Below are positions 29,041 to 38,373 of a stretch of DNA of 64,000 nucleotides, piece after piece. The notes beneath the pieces were generated by a model, which was given only the letters and a program-made list of their open reading frames with translations, was not told where the DNA came from and ran no database searches. How positions within the stretch are numbered: position 1 is the first letter of the stretch; every line of letters begins with the position of its first letter. The DNA is from Dehalococcoidales bacterium. Its GTDB lineage: Bacteria > Chloroflexota > Dehalococcoidia > Dehalococcoidales > RBG-16-60-22. Position numbers and translations under genes: made by a program. The stretch is from contig JAFGHK010000076.1 in the NCBI GenBank assembly GCA_016930185.1, positions 3,005-67,004 on the forward strand, in the 5' to 3' direction.

Positions 29041-29547
29041 TTACTTTATATTTGCCAACTCCGGCTTTACGTCTGGACCTTCAGCAGTCATACCAGCCAG
29101 TTCATCGTCTTTCACAAGCAATTTATCCAGGGCCAGGAGAATGATCATCTTTTCGGGCAGCTTGGCAATTCCCATCAGGTAATCTGATTGTCCGGAGGTG
29201 ACTATATCTGAAACAGGGTCTATCGAGTCGGCGGGTATGCGAATAACTTCGGTTACGGCGTCCACGATAATTCCGAGTGTCGTGTCCTTGATGTTAATAA
29301 CCACGATACGCTTGTTCTTAACATCACCCGTCCTTTCAAAGCCGAATCTTTTACCAATATCAATAACAGGAATCACCCGGCCTCTCAAATTAATAACCCC
29401 TTCAACATAAAAGGGCGCCTTGGGAACCTTTGTTATCGGTTGCATGCGTATTATTTCATAGACAGAGGCTATGTCCAGGCCGTATGTCTCCGTTCCAAGT
29501 TCGAACAAAACCATCTGTTTCTCACTAGCTATCGTATCTTTATCCAT
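29041..29547 (-). CDS. cheW: chemotaxis coupling protein
   Basis: 168 aa with VLFELGTETYGLDI and VEGVINLRGRVIPVIDIGKRFG. Confidence 0.9.
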   Translation of the reverse strand: MDKDTIASEKQMVLFELGTETYGLDIASVYEIIRMQPITKVPKAPFYVEGVINLRGRVIPVIDIGKRFGFERTGDVKNKRIVVINIKDTTLGIIVDAVTEVIRIPADSIDPVSDIVTSGQSDYLMGIAKLPEKMIILLALDKLLVKDDELAGMTAEGPDVKPELANIK

Positions 29548-29603
29548 CGATGTTCCTCCTAAGCCGGGGTGGAATTACGTATGCCGGAATCATCCGACAG
29601 TAA

Positions 29604-29637
29604 AGCGAAGTCGGGGCGCAAGCGCCCCAACTTCGCT
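29604..29637 (-). promoter_or_regulatory. long GC-rich intercistronic hairpin between mcp and cheW
   Basis: AGCGAAGTCGGGGCGC / GCGCCCCAACTTCGCT forms 15 of 16 pairs. It lies in the 99-nt mcp-cheW gap and has no clear U-tract. Confidence 0.5.
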
Positions 29638-29646
29638 GTATCATGT

Positions 29647-32154
29647 TTACAATTCAACAGTATCCTTGACATTGGGCTTGGTCTTCTTCCCATTGCCACT
29701 GCCGCTTTCGCTTTCAGCGGTTTCCTTTTTTTCTGAAGTTCCATCTCTATTACGCAGCTCAAACAGTCCGATAGCTTCCTTCAAGTCGCTGGCCATCTTT
29801 GATAGCGACTGCGCTGCGGTGACCACCTGCTGTACTTGAGCACTCATCTCCTGTGCCGAGGCCGACATTTGCTCCGTGGCAGCGCTGTTTTCCTCGGTTG
29901 TGGCGGCTACGGTATTGGCAGACTCGCTTACCTTGATTTTACTTTCAGCCATCTGCTTTGTTGCCGTAAGGTTCTCTTCAGCAATCATACTCACTTCCTC
30001 AACCACCTTGACCATTTCACTAGCGGATGCACTCATTTCCTCGGCCGCAGCGGATATCTGCTCTATCTGTGAAGTCATACCATTGATGGAATCCAGTATC
30101 TGGTCCAGCGCTGTCCCGGCTTCATTTGCCAGAACCGAGCCTTCATCAGCCTGTTTGGCTCCTTCCATAGAGGCCTTTATAGAGTCATTGACACCATTCT
30201 GAACGGTACTGACAAGTGTGGCGATTTCTTTTGTTTCTTTGGCCGTTCTTTCAGCAAGTTTCTTGACCTCGTCCGCGACTACCGCAAAGCCGCGACCCTG
30301 GTCGCCAGCTCGGGCGGCCTCGATGGCGGCATTCAAAGCCAGTAGATTTGTTTGCGCGGCAATGTCATCAATGACAGCAATCATACCGCCAATTTCTTCT
30401 GAATGCTTGCCCAATTCCGCTACCTTCTTAGCAACGTCCTGCATGCTGGTATTAATCTGCCTGATGCCAGCGATGGTCTTTTCAACCGTCTCGGTGCCCT
30501 GCTTGGCAACTTCAGCAGCCTGACCGGCGACATTAGCCGCTTCCTGGGCGCTAGCCGCTGTCTGCTCTGCTGCGCTGGAAACCTGCTGTACTATACCAGC
30601 GGTTTGTTCCACGGCCTTTGCCTGTTCCTTGCTGCCTTTATCGACCTGTCCTATTGATTTGTCAAGTTCATCGATAGACCTGTTTACTTCATTTATTCCC
30701 CTAGTCTGCTCCTCGGCTCCTCTGGCTACCTGCTGGCTAACGCTGGCTATCTGCTCCGTCGCCGAACCCGACTGCTCTGAAGCCGACTTGAGTTCTTCGC
30801 TGGCTTTCGATAGTTTTTCCGAAATATCGGTCATTCTCTCTACAGCCGCTTTTTCTTTACTTATATCGAGCACATACTCGGTAGCGCCGATTACCTTGCC
30901 TTCGGCATCCTTGATAGGAGCGCAGGTGTACCGTACAGGCAGTTCACCGGAGGCCAGTTTAACGATAGTTTCTCTGGTGACAACTTTGTTGGACTGGAAT
31001 GCCTTGGCGCACCCACAGTTTTCTGTTTTACAGTCTCCCGTACTGAACAAATCGTAGCACTTCTTACCCGCGCAATCCTCTGCTTTTTTACCCGCGGCAC
31101 GGGCGGCAGCCCGGTTGACAAACAGTATGTTATATTCAGTGTCCACAACCAGAATCGTATTTGGTATCTGGTTGAGGTATTCGATTTTTTGACGGACGTC
31201 TTCAATCATGGACTTGAGGTTTCCCACCATCTTATTAAAGCTCTTACCCAGAGTATCGGTTTCTGACCTGGGCGTTACCTGCACCGTTAAATCACCGGCC
31301 GCTATTTTCTCCGCAGCCTGTGACATATCCCACAGATAATTGATGACATTCGTTAATGACTCTGCCATCTCGCCCGTTTCATCGCTCGATTTTACTTTAA
31401 CTCTGATTTTGGTATCACCAATGGCCAGTTTATCAGCCACCCTGGCAAGTCTCTTGATATTCTTTGATATTGACCTGCTAAGGAAGTATATTATTACAAA
31501 ACATATTACCGCCAGAATGCCCGCCGCCAGCAGGTATTGGTCCCTCTTGGCATCGATTACCTCCTGGACATCAACGGTATACACGCCGGTGCCGACTATC
31601 CACTCCCAGGGTTCAAAGGCTTTAACATAGCTGATTTTTTCTTCTTGTCTTTCGTATTCATCCAAATACTGCCACATGAATTTAACAGAACCTTCACCCT
31701 GCTCCATACAAATATCAACCATTTCTACAAATATCGCCCTGCCATCGGCATCAGTGATATCACTAAGGTCCGACCCCTGAAGGCCTAACCTATAAGGGTC
31801 GATAATCATATAAGGGCGATAATCATTTACCCAGAAATAATCGGAATTCTCCGGTCCGTATCTTAAACCGCGTAGAAGCCTGATCGCCTCTGCCTTGGCT
31901 TCTTTTTCAGAATATACTCGCAAACTCTGCTGCTCATAGCAGCTATTAATAATACCCCAGGCGATTTGCGTGGCTTCTTTTATCTTGGTCTCTCTTTCAG
32001 CCATCAGAGAGTCCTGCACGCCGGGCAGCATATAGCCGAGTATTACACCTATAAAGGCCGCAATAATCACTATTCCCAGCGCGAGCAGCTTAGTTTGTAA
32101 ATTGAGTTTAAATAGCTGTTTAGAACTGAAAAGCCCCCTTAATTTCTCAAACAC
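29647..32154 (-). CDS. methyl-accepting chemotaxis protein (Cache-like sensor, HAMP, Cys-rich PAS, MA domain)
   Basis: 835 aa with two TM helices flanking a DYFWVND Cache-type domain. The signalling hairpin is [40 protein letters not shown]. The cytoplasmic PAS domain carries [22 protein letters not shown]. Confidence 0.95.
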   Translation of the reverse strand: MFEKLRGLFSSKQLFKLNLQTKLLALGIVIIAAFIGVILGYMLPGVQDSLMAERETKIKEATQIAWGIINSCYEQQSLRVYSEKEAKAEAIRLLRGLRYGPENSDYFWVNDYRPYMIIDPYRLGLQGSDLSDITDADGRAIFVEMVDICMEQGEGSVKFMWQYLDEYERQEEKISYVKAFEPWEWIVGTGVYTVDVQEVIDAKRDQYLLAAGILAVICFVIIYFLSRSISKNIKRLARVADKLAIGDTKIRVKVKSSDETGEMAESLTNVINYLWDMSQAAEKIAAGDLTVQVTPRSETDTLGKSFNKMVGNLKSMIEDVRQKIEYLNQIPNTILVVDTEYNILFVNRAAARAAGKKAEDCAGKKCYDLFSTGDCKTENCGCAKAFQSNKVVTRETIVKLASGELPVRYTCAPIKDAEGKVIGATEYVLDISKEKAAVERMTDISEKLSKASEELKSASEQSGSATEQIASVSQQVARGAEEQTRGINEVNRSIDELDKSIGQVDKGSKEQAKAVEQTAGIVQQVSSAAEQTAASAQEAANVAGQAAEVAKQGTETVEKTIAGIRQINTSMQDVAKKVAELGKHSEEIGGMIAVIDDIAAQTNLLALNAAIEAARAGDQGRGFAVVADEVKKLAERTAKETKEIATLVSTVQNGVNDSIKASMEGAKQADEGSVLANEAGTALDQILDSINGMTSQIEQISAAAEEMSASASEMVKVVEEVSMIAEENLTATKQMAESKIKVSESANTVAATTEENSAATEQMSASAQEMSAQVQQVVTAAQSLSKMASDLKEAIGLFELRNRDGTSEKKETAESESGSGNGKKTKPNVKDTVEL

Positions 32155-32558
32155 TTGTTGACCTCCTTTTTATCCATAAGCGCACGAATCCACTATTTAA
32201 AAAAATAGCGAAGCACTTCACAAACATGAACTGCGTATGTGATTTATAATTATTCTTTTTATTACGATACGATTCACTAAAATATTAGCTGATAAATACG
32301 TTGCATTAAACCAAGTAACTACCAACCGTGCCCTGAAACTTTCCGCAAGTTGATATAAGGGTTTCCATGTATATTAAATTACAGGAGAGCATGTACTTAA
32401 ATAAATGATTTTTTGAGCCGGCACACTTTAACGGTAAACAATGAAGTCAGTATACGTGTAAAATACGCTTTTAATCGTGATGGAATCATGATACATATTG
32501 ATTTAAGAACCATGAATCACAAGCACACAAAACGCCGCTAATAAATAATCATGCAGCG

Positions 32559-32587
32559 TTGACAACGGGAAGGTATTAGGCTATATT
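32559..32587 (+). promoter_or_regulatory. sigma70-like promoter for the GntR-type regulator
   Basis: TTGACA (32559-32564), a 17-nt spacer, then TATATT (32582-32587), 38 nt before ATG 32625. Confidence 0.5.
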
Positions 32588-32624
32588 AACAGCGCATATA
32601 ATAAATACATTTGGCTTATTACAT

Positions 32625-33776
32625 ATGGACATTGCCGACATACAGATTGACCAGCATTCTAAAGACCCGCTCCATATACAGATAGTGGAACAGGTCAGAA
32701 ACCTTATCGCCACAGAAAAGCTTAAGCCCGGCGACCACCTGCCCCCGGTCAGGCAGCTTGCTGAATTTCTAAATATCAATCAGAATACTATTTTGCGGGC
32801 ATATCTTTTACTCGAACAGGAGAAGGTTGTCGTCGCCCGTAAGCGGGGCGGCACCATAGTTACCGCCCGGACAGACGACCCTAATATACTGCTGGAGCGG
32901 CGCAGGCGTCTATCGGAAATGGTCGGCAATGACATCCTTAAAGCGCTTAGCATGGGCTACAGCCCGGAAGATATCGAGGCGGATTTTTATCTCCAGCTGG
33001 CACGCTGGCGGGAAGAAAGACAGGCAATCTCAAGTGCGCCGGAAACCACCAGTGATGCTGTTAAAGATAAGGATACCATCCATATCGTTGGCAGTCATGA
33101 TATGGCCTTGAATATCCTCGTGGACCTGACCAAACGGGACAATAAAAAACTCAAGGTACAGATTACCCATGCCGGCAGCCTTGGAGGCCTCATCGCTATC
33201 CAGGAAGACCGGGCGCACCTCGCCGGCATTCACCTACTGGATGAAGAAACCGGCGAGTATAACTATCCCTACGTAAAAAGAGTGCTGCCGGGGAGAGAAG
33301 TCGCCATCGTCCACCTGGCTTACCGCATCCAGGGACTGATGTTCGCCCCCGGCAATCCAAAACGTATCAAAGGAATCGCCGATTTAAAACGACCGGATAT
33401 CACCTTTATGAACCGCCAGAAAGGCGCCGGCACCAGGGTACTCCTGGATATACAATTACGCCAGTTGGGCATCAGTCCGAAAGAAATCAAAGGCTACGAG
33501 CGTGAGATGGATACCCACCTCGCCGTGGGTTTAAGCATCGCGCACGGTGAAGCGGATGTAGCTTTAGGCATAGAGGCGGCGGCGCGCAGCTGTAATATCG
33601 ATTTCATCCCCCTGTTCCGTGAGCGGTACGACCTTGTGATACCGATAGCCAATTACCGCAGCGAACTGCTGGCCCCCCTCCTCCGCGCCGTTACCACCGA
33701 TGAATTTAAAGCTGTGGTAGATAAAGCCGGCGGCTACGATACCTCTCACACAGGGGCAACGTCCTTTCTAAAGTAA
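32625..33776 (+). CDS. GntR-type winged-HTH regulator fused to a periplasmic-binding-protein-like (oxyanion-binding type) domain
   Basis: 383 aa. The N-terminus reads LKPGDHLPPVRQLAEFLNINQNTILRAY. The C-terminal ~230 aa is PBP-like (GSLGGLIAIQEDRAHLAGIHLLD...NRQKGAGTR). Confidence 0.7.
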   Translation: MDIADIQIDQHSKDPLHIQIVEQVRNLIATEKLKPGDHLPPVRQLAEFLNINQNTILRAYLLLEQEKVVVARKRGGTIVTARTDDPNILLERRRRLSEMVGNDILKALSMGYSPEDIEADFYLQLARWREERQAISSAPETTSDAVKDKDTIHIVGSHDMALNILVDLTKRDNKKLKVQITHAGSLGGLIAIQEDRAHLAGIHLLDEETGEYNYPYVKRVLPGREVAIVHLAYRIQGLMFAPGNPKRIKGIADLKRPDITFMNRQKGAGTRVLLDIQLRQLGISPKEIKGYEREMDTHLAVGLSIAHGEADVALGIEAAARSCNIDFIPLFRERYDLVIPIANYRSELLAPLLRAVTTDEFKAVVDKAGGYDTSHTGATSFLK

Positions 33777-33873
33777 ATATCTATCGGTTACCAGCCTTTT
33801 TCACGCTACCGTATATCATGTATATCACTTAATATCACACGTATTCTTCACTAACTAAACAAAAAAAAGAAAA

Positions 33874-33898
33874 GGGGCAGGTTAAAGATACCTACCCC
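33874..33898. terminator. bidirectional terminator-like hairpin between convergent genes
   Basis: GGGGCAGGT / ACCTACCCC (one mismatch) with a 7-nt loop, an A-run upstream and TCTTTCT downstream. Confidence 0.55.
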
Positions 33899-33930
33899 TC
33901 TTTCTATTATTAGCTTCACCTGATATCAGG

Positions 33931-34956
33931 CTATTTTGTATTCCTCGGCTGGAAAATTTGCTCCTTGATGAGTCTAATCATAACGTTGGCAATAATCGGG
34001 TCGAATTGAGAGCCGCTGCACCACTGGATTTCTTCCATCGCCTCCATCTTGGATAATGCCCTGCGGTAAGGACGGTCGGAAATCATGGCGTGATAAGCAT
34101 CGGCCAGCGCAATAATCCTGGCTCCCAAAGGAATATCCTTGCCGACGACTGTCTGGTCGAGACCGCCGCCATCGTAATGGTCGTGGTGATGTGAAATCAT
34201 CTCCACTATTTTATCGTTGACGAAAGGCCTGACCAGGTTCGGCCCAACGATAGCATGTGTCATGATATGCCGGTATTCAGTAGTCGTTAATTCGCTGGGT
34301 TTGTTAAGTATATTGGGGTCAACGACTATTTTACCAACGTCATGGAGCATGGCCGCCCAGCACAGGTCTTCCATCTCTTTGGTATCTAATTTCATCTTCT
34401 CACCCAGGGCCATGGAGGTTTCAACTACATCATGAGAATGACCGGAGGTAAAGGTGTCTTTAGATTCAAGTGTGGTTACCAAAGTCTGGATAGCCCCGAA
34501 GAATAACTGCCTGGACTCGTTCTGGTTTCTGCCTATTTTCTTACCTAAATCCTGGAAATAACGCTGTATTTCAAGCGCTATACGCCGTTTATCGAGGGTG
34601 CTGTTAACACAGGTTAAAACCTGCTCAAACCTGAACGGCTTACTGATATAGTCTTGAGCACCGTCCTTGATACACTTAGCGATGACCTTGGTATCGGTCA
34701 CGCCGCTGGCCATAATTACAGCCGTCTCCGGATAACGCTCGGTTATCTCCGGCAATACCTCGCTGCCTTTTCTTCCCGGCATATTTATATCCATGATAAC
34801 GAGGTCGGACGCCTGCTCTTTGAGTTTTTCTAATGCCTGGTCACCATTTTCTGCTTCATCACAAACAAAGCCGCGCGCCCCGAGACCCTTGGATAGAATG
34901 CCGCGTATCGCTTCTTCATCATCTACGAGCAAAATGCTCTCTTTTGGAATAGTCAT
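33931..34956 (-). CDS. response regulator with HD-GYP-like output domain (GYP degenerate)
   Basis: REC domain (ILLVDDEE, LVIMDINMPG, KPF) plus an HD domain (LHDVGK, HHHDHYDGGGLD). ATG 34956 is preceded by GGGAGGTGA. Confidence 0.85.
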   Translation of the reverse strand: MTIPKESILLVDDEEAIRGILSKGLGARGFVCDEAENGDQALEKLKEQASDLVIMDINMPGRKGSEVLPEITERYPETAVIMASGVTDTKVIAKCIKDGAQDYISKPFRFEQVLTCVNSTLDKRRIALEIQRYFQDLGKKIGRNQNESRQLFFGAIQTLVTTLESKDTFTSGHSHDVVETSMALGEKMKLDTKEMEDLCWAAMLHDVGKIVVDPNILNKPSELTTTEYRHIMTHAIVGPNLVRPFVNDKIVEMISHHHDHYDGGGLDQTVVGKDIPLGARIIALADAYHAMISDRPYRRALSKMEAMEEIQWCSGSQFDPIIANVMIRLIKEQIFQPRNTK

Positions 34957-35131
34957 TCTCTCACCTCCCAGCATTCAATCGAGCTTATGCCAGCATTGTA
35001 TGAAGCACATGCTAAACAACACATTAATTTCAAACGTCACCACATAAACAAAAAATAAACATTAGGATTTATACGGGGATAATAGTAAAAAAAGGGGTAA
35101 ATTTTGCCGGCTTATAATGATGAATCCCTGA

Positions 35132-35710
35132 CTATTTAAGAGTGACGGCGCTGATTTTACTGTAAATGGGGCCTTCCCGGGTTAATTGGCTTTTTATCAG
35201 GTGAACGGCATTCACACCGATTTTATATTCCTGCTCAAGAATCGTGCCGCCGATTAACTCGCCCAGCGCCAGTCTGTCGTCCGGGCGGGCATAGTCACGC
35301 ACGCGACCGATGGTCAAGTGAGGTGAAAACGGCCTGCCTTCCGGCGGAAATCCCAGCGGCTCAAGGCCTGCCTCAATTCGTTTCTGAAGCTGCTCCAGCT
35401 TTTCCAGTTCGCCGGTAAGACCTACCCAGATTACCCGGGCGCGCTTTAGAGCGGGGAACGCCCCGAGCCCGCTTACCCCGATATCAAACGGGTGTGTGCC
35501 CCGGGCGGCGTCTTCCAGCACCGCCGTTATCCTGCCGATGATTTCGGTGCTGACATCGCCTAGAAACTTGAGCGTCAGGTGAATATTACCCGGTTCGACC
35601 CATTTCACCGGCGCGGCACTGGCTGACTTCATCTTCGCCTGGAGTCGGGACAGCGCCTGCTTGAGTTCTACCGGCAACTCAACAGCGATAAAAGAGCGTA
35701 TCTTTTCCAT
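35132..35710 (-). CDS. thpR: RNA 2',3'-cyclic phosphodiesterase (2H family)
   Basis: 192 aa with two HxT motifs (HLTLKFLG and HLTIGR). Confidence 0.85.
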   Translation of the reverse strand: MEKIRSFIAVELPVELKQALSRLQAKMKSASAAPVKWVEPGNIHLTLKFLGDVSTEIIGRITAVLEDAARGTHPFDIGVSGLGAFPALKRARVIWVGLTGELEKLEQLQKRIEAGLEPLGFPPEGRPFSPHLTIGRVRDYARPDDRLALGELIGGTILEQEYKIGVNAVHLIKSQLTREGPIYSKISAVTLK

Positions 35711-35718
35711 TGTTCTCT

Positions 35719-36558
35719 TTATATACCCAGCAGCAGGCGCGCGTTCCCGGACAGTATCTTCTCTTTCGCTTCTTCAGTGAGACCCGCTTCATTAATTTCT
35801 CTTATAATCCTGCCCTGCGCTACAACGGGGAAATCGCTGCCGTAAAGAATCCTGTCCGCACCTATCAACCGGCTGACCTGAAGGTATATCTCCGGTCGGT
35901 AAAGAAACGGTGAAACGGCGGTATCGTAATAAACATCTTTCAGGGCATCGCGGACCTCCGGCATCAGGGTATAAAACGGTAAGCCCCCACCCCAGTGGGC
36001 ACAGACCACCAGCATACCGGTGAAATGAGCGATAAACTGGTAAAGCACCCCTGGAGTGGCAGCCCCTTTACCAGGGTAAAGATGACCCACCGGCTCCGAG
36101 GCATGGGTTAACGTAATTAACTTGTATTTTTGTAAAATATCGGTGAAAGGCTTGATAACATTTTTCCCGGTATAATCCAGAGTCTGGGTATCCGGTCGGA
36201 GTTCCCCCACCCCTTTTACACCCCCTCGCGCGCACCTTTCTATTTCCCGCAGAGAGGCATCATCGGTATAAGAGCTGACGGCGCAAAGACCGATTAAGCG
36301 CTTGGGATAACGGGCAACCGATTCAAGGATGTAATCGTTGGTCTCCACGCATAAATCGTGCGTGCTCCAGCTGTAATTGACGATGACGGAAATATCGACC
36401 CCGTCCCGGTCCATGCTGCTGATGAGGTCTTCCGCGGTGGCGATTTTGACCTTCTCTCTAGAGTAAATCTGTGCGAAGGCGGTGTCTATTTCCACATACC
36501 GGCCGCGGTCTTCTTTAACCCGCGGCGGCAAAACATGCGCGTGGAAATCAATAATCAT
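35719..36558 (-). CDS. amidohydrolase-2-type metal-dependent TIM-barrel hydrolase
   Basis: 279 aa with IIDFHAHVLP at the N-terminus and internal His/Asp ligand pattern (THASEP, CAHWGG, GSDFP). Confidence 0.7.
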   Translation of the reverse strand: MIIDFHAHVLPPRVKEDRGRYVEIDTAFAQIYSREKVKIATAEDLISSMDRDGVDISVIVNYSWSTHDLCVETNDYILESVARYPKRLIGLCAVSSYTDDASLREIERCARGGVKGVGELRPDTQTLDYTGKNVIKPFTDILQKYKLITLTHASEPVGHLYPGKGAATPGVLYQFIAHFTGMLVVCAHWGGGLPFYTLMPEVRDALKDVYYDTAVSPFLYRPEIYLQVSRLIGADRILYGSDFPVVAQGRIIREINEAGLTEEAKEKILSGNARLLLGI

Positions 36559-36590
36559 CTCAAACTGCCAACCCGTAAAAAGGGGCTGGT

Positions 36591-37322
36591 CTATTCTTTT
36601 CTATCCGGCGCCTGACCTTCCGGGGCCTTCTTCTCGGCTCCGGCTTCCGCTTCCGGCTTTTCCTCGGCACCTTCAGCCTTGGCTTCGCCTTCGGCGCCCT
36701 CTTCACCTTCAGCCCCTTCTTCTTCCTCTTCCTCGACGGCCGGTTTCTCTTCTTCTATCTTGACAATGATTTCGGAGACCTTGACCACCAGCTGCTCGGG
36801 GTCGTCCTCTACATCAATTTCCGGGTCGAGGACGATATCCTTGACATACAGAGACTGGTCCAGTTCAGCCAATACGCTGATGTCAACCTCTATCTGCGGA
36901 GGCACTTTATCCGGCAGACACTCGATGCTCAAAACATCCAGACCATGAGAAAGTATGCGTCCTTTTACTTTCATGGCAGGCGCTTCCCCGACCAGGACGA
37001 TAGGCACCTCCATGGTCATCTTTTCACCTTTTCTAATCTGATAAAAGTCCACATGCAGCAACTCGCGGCTAAGAGTATCCCTCTGGATTTCACGTAAAAA
37101 GACGTTTTTAGAGTCCTTTTCGCCTTCAACCGTAAGACTGATGAGACGTGTCGTTCCGGCACTAGCCACAATCTTTTTCAGTTCGTTGGTGTCGCACTGT
37201 AAAGCCAACGATTCCAGACTGTGCCCGAAGAGATGCGCGGGTATTATCCCCTTGCGACGTAAAAACCGATTCTTCTTGCCGAAGACATTTCTTTTTTCTG
37301 CCTTTAGCTTCATCTCCTGCAT
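36591..37322 (-). CDS. rplY: 50S ribosomal protein L25 / general stress protein Ctc form
   Basis: 243 aa with an L25 N-domain (RRKGIIPAHLFG), a Ctc C-domain, and a highly acidic E/A/G-rich tail. Confidence 0.85.
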   Translation of the reverse strand: MQEMKLKAEKRNVFGKKNRFLRRKGIIPAHLFGHSLESLALQCDTNELKKIVASAGTTRLISLTVEGEKDSKNVFLREIQRDTLSRELLHVDFYQIRKGEKMTMEVPIVLVGEAPAMKVKGRILSHGLDVLSIECLPDKVPPQIEVDISVLAELDQSLYVKDIVLDPEIDVEDDPEQLVVKVSEIIVKIEEEKPAVEEEEEEGAEGEEGAEGEAKAEGAEEKPEAEAGAEKKAPEGQAPDRKE

Positions 37323-37495
37323 CTACATTCCCCTTTCCAACCTTTAAATTTAATCATAAACAGCTTAAAAAATCAATTCGGCAGGTTTAAAAATCAATCA
37401 TTATAATAGCTGTCACCCCATTTTGTATACAGCATATCATGCCCAGGCCAGATTAGACTTGTCCTCCGATGCTATTGTATAATGTTGGCGTAACG

Positions 37496-38371
37496 ATGAT
37501 GCCGTCCGAATCAAAAAAACAATCCAAAACCCCGACTGATAATTCAAATGTCGGGGTTTTTTCGTCTGATGAAGACCTCGCCGCCGTATGCAAAAGGCTA
37601 CGCCGCGACATCGTAACGATGATAGGCAAAGCCGGCAGCGGCCATCCCGGCGGCTCGCTATCCGCCGTGGAAATAGTAGTTACCCTTTACTGGAAAGTCC
37701 TGCACCATAAGCCCGCCGACCCCGCATGGCCGGACCGCGACAGGTTTATCTTGAGCAAGGGGCATGCCGCTCCTGTCATATACGCCGCCCTGGCGGAATG
37801 CGGCTACTTCCCGAAGTCGGAACTGGACACGCTGCGTAAGATTGACAGCCACCTGCAGGGCCACGCCGACCGCACTTCTACACCCGGGGTGGAAATGTCC
37901 TCGGGGAGCCTGGGTCAGGGGCTTTCGTTCGCCGTCGGTGCCGCCCTGGCCGGCCGACTGGACAGTCAGTCGTGGCACGTTTATGCCCTGCTTAGCGACG
38001 GCGAGTGCGACGAGGGGCAGACCTGGGAAGCCGCCATGTCCGCGGCCATGTTTAAGGTGGATAACCTCACGGCTATCGTGGATAAAAACAGCATCCAGCT
38101 AAGCGGCTTCACTAAAGACATTATGAACCTTGACCCGCTTAACAAAAAATTCGAGTCCTTAGGCTGGCACGTCATCGAGATAGACGGACATGATTTGAAG
38201 CAGGTACTGGATGCCCTTGAAAGAGCCCGAACAGTTAAAGGCCGACCCACGGTTATTATCGCCCATACCGTTAAAGGCAAGGGCGTCAGCTTCATGGAAA
38301 ATAATGTCGATTTCCACGGCAAAGCCCCCAACCCCGAGCAGCTGGAACAAGCCTTAAAGGAGTTAGCCTGA
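37496..38371 (+). CDS. transketolase, N-terminal (TPP-binding) subunit
   Basis: SGHPGGSLS, GSLGQGLS and LSDGECDEGQ are present. TATAAT at 37478-37483 argues against the ATG at 37469. The start is uncertain. Confidence 0.9.
   Translation: MMPSESKKQSKTPTDNSNVGVFSSDEDLAAVCKRLRRDIVTMIGKAGSGHPGGSLSAVEIVVTLYWKVLHHKPADPAWPDRDRFILSKGHAAPVIYAALAECGYFPKSELDTLRKIDSHLQGHADRTSTPGVEMSSGSLGQGLSFAVGAALAGRLDSQSWHVYALLSDGECDEGQTWEAAMSAAMFKVDNLTAIVDKNSIQLSGFTKDIMNLDPLNKKFESLGWHVIEIDGHDLKQVLDALERARTVKGRPTVIIAHTVKGKGVSFMENNVDFHGKAPNPEQLEQALKELA
37526..37562 (+). promoter_or_regulatory. perfect terminator-like hairpin inside the 5' end of the transketolase ORF
   Basis: AAAACCCCGAC (37526-37536) and GTCGGGGTTTT (37550-37560) form a perfect 11-bp stem with a 13-nt loop, followed by further Ts. 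Confidence 0.6.
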
Positions 38372-38373
38372 AC

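Noticed and set aside
36591-36948. A GAAGG/GCCTT-rich repetitive DNA stretch with two plus-strand ORFs (36482-36763 and 36679-36948).
   Set aside because: It is explained by the acidic E/A/G-rich C-terminal tail of L25/Ctc on the minus strand. The plus-strand ORFs are Pro/Ser/Leu shadows.
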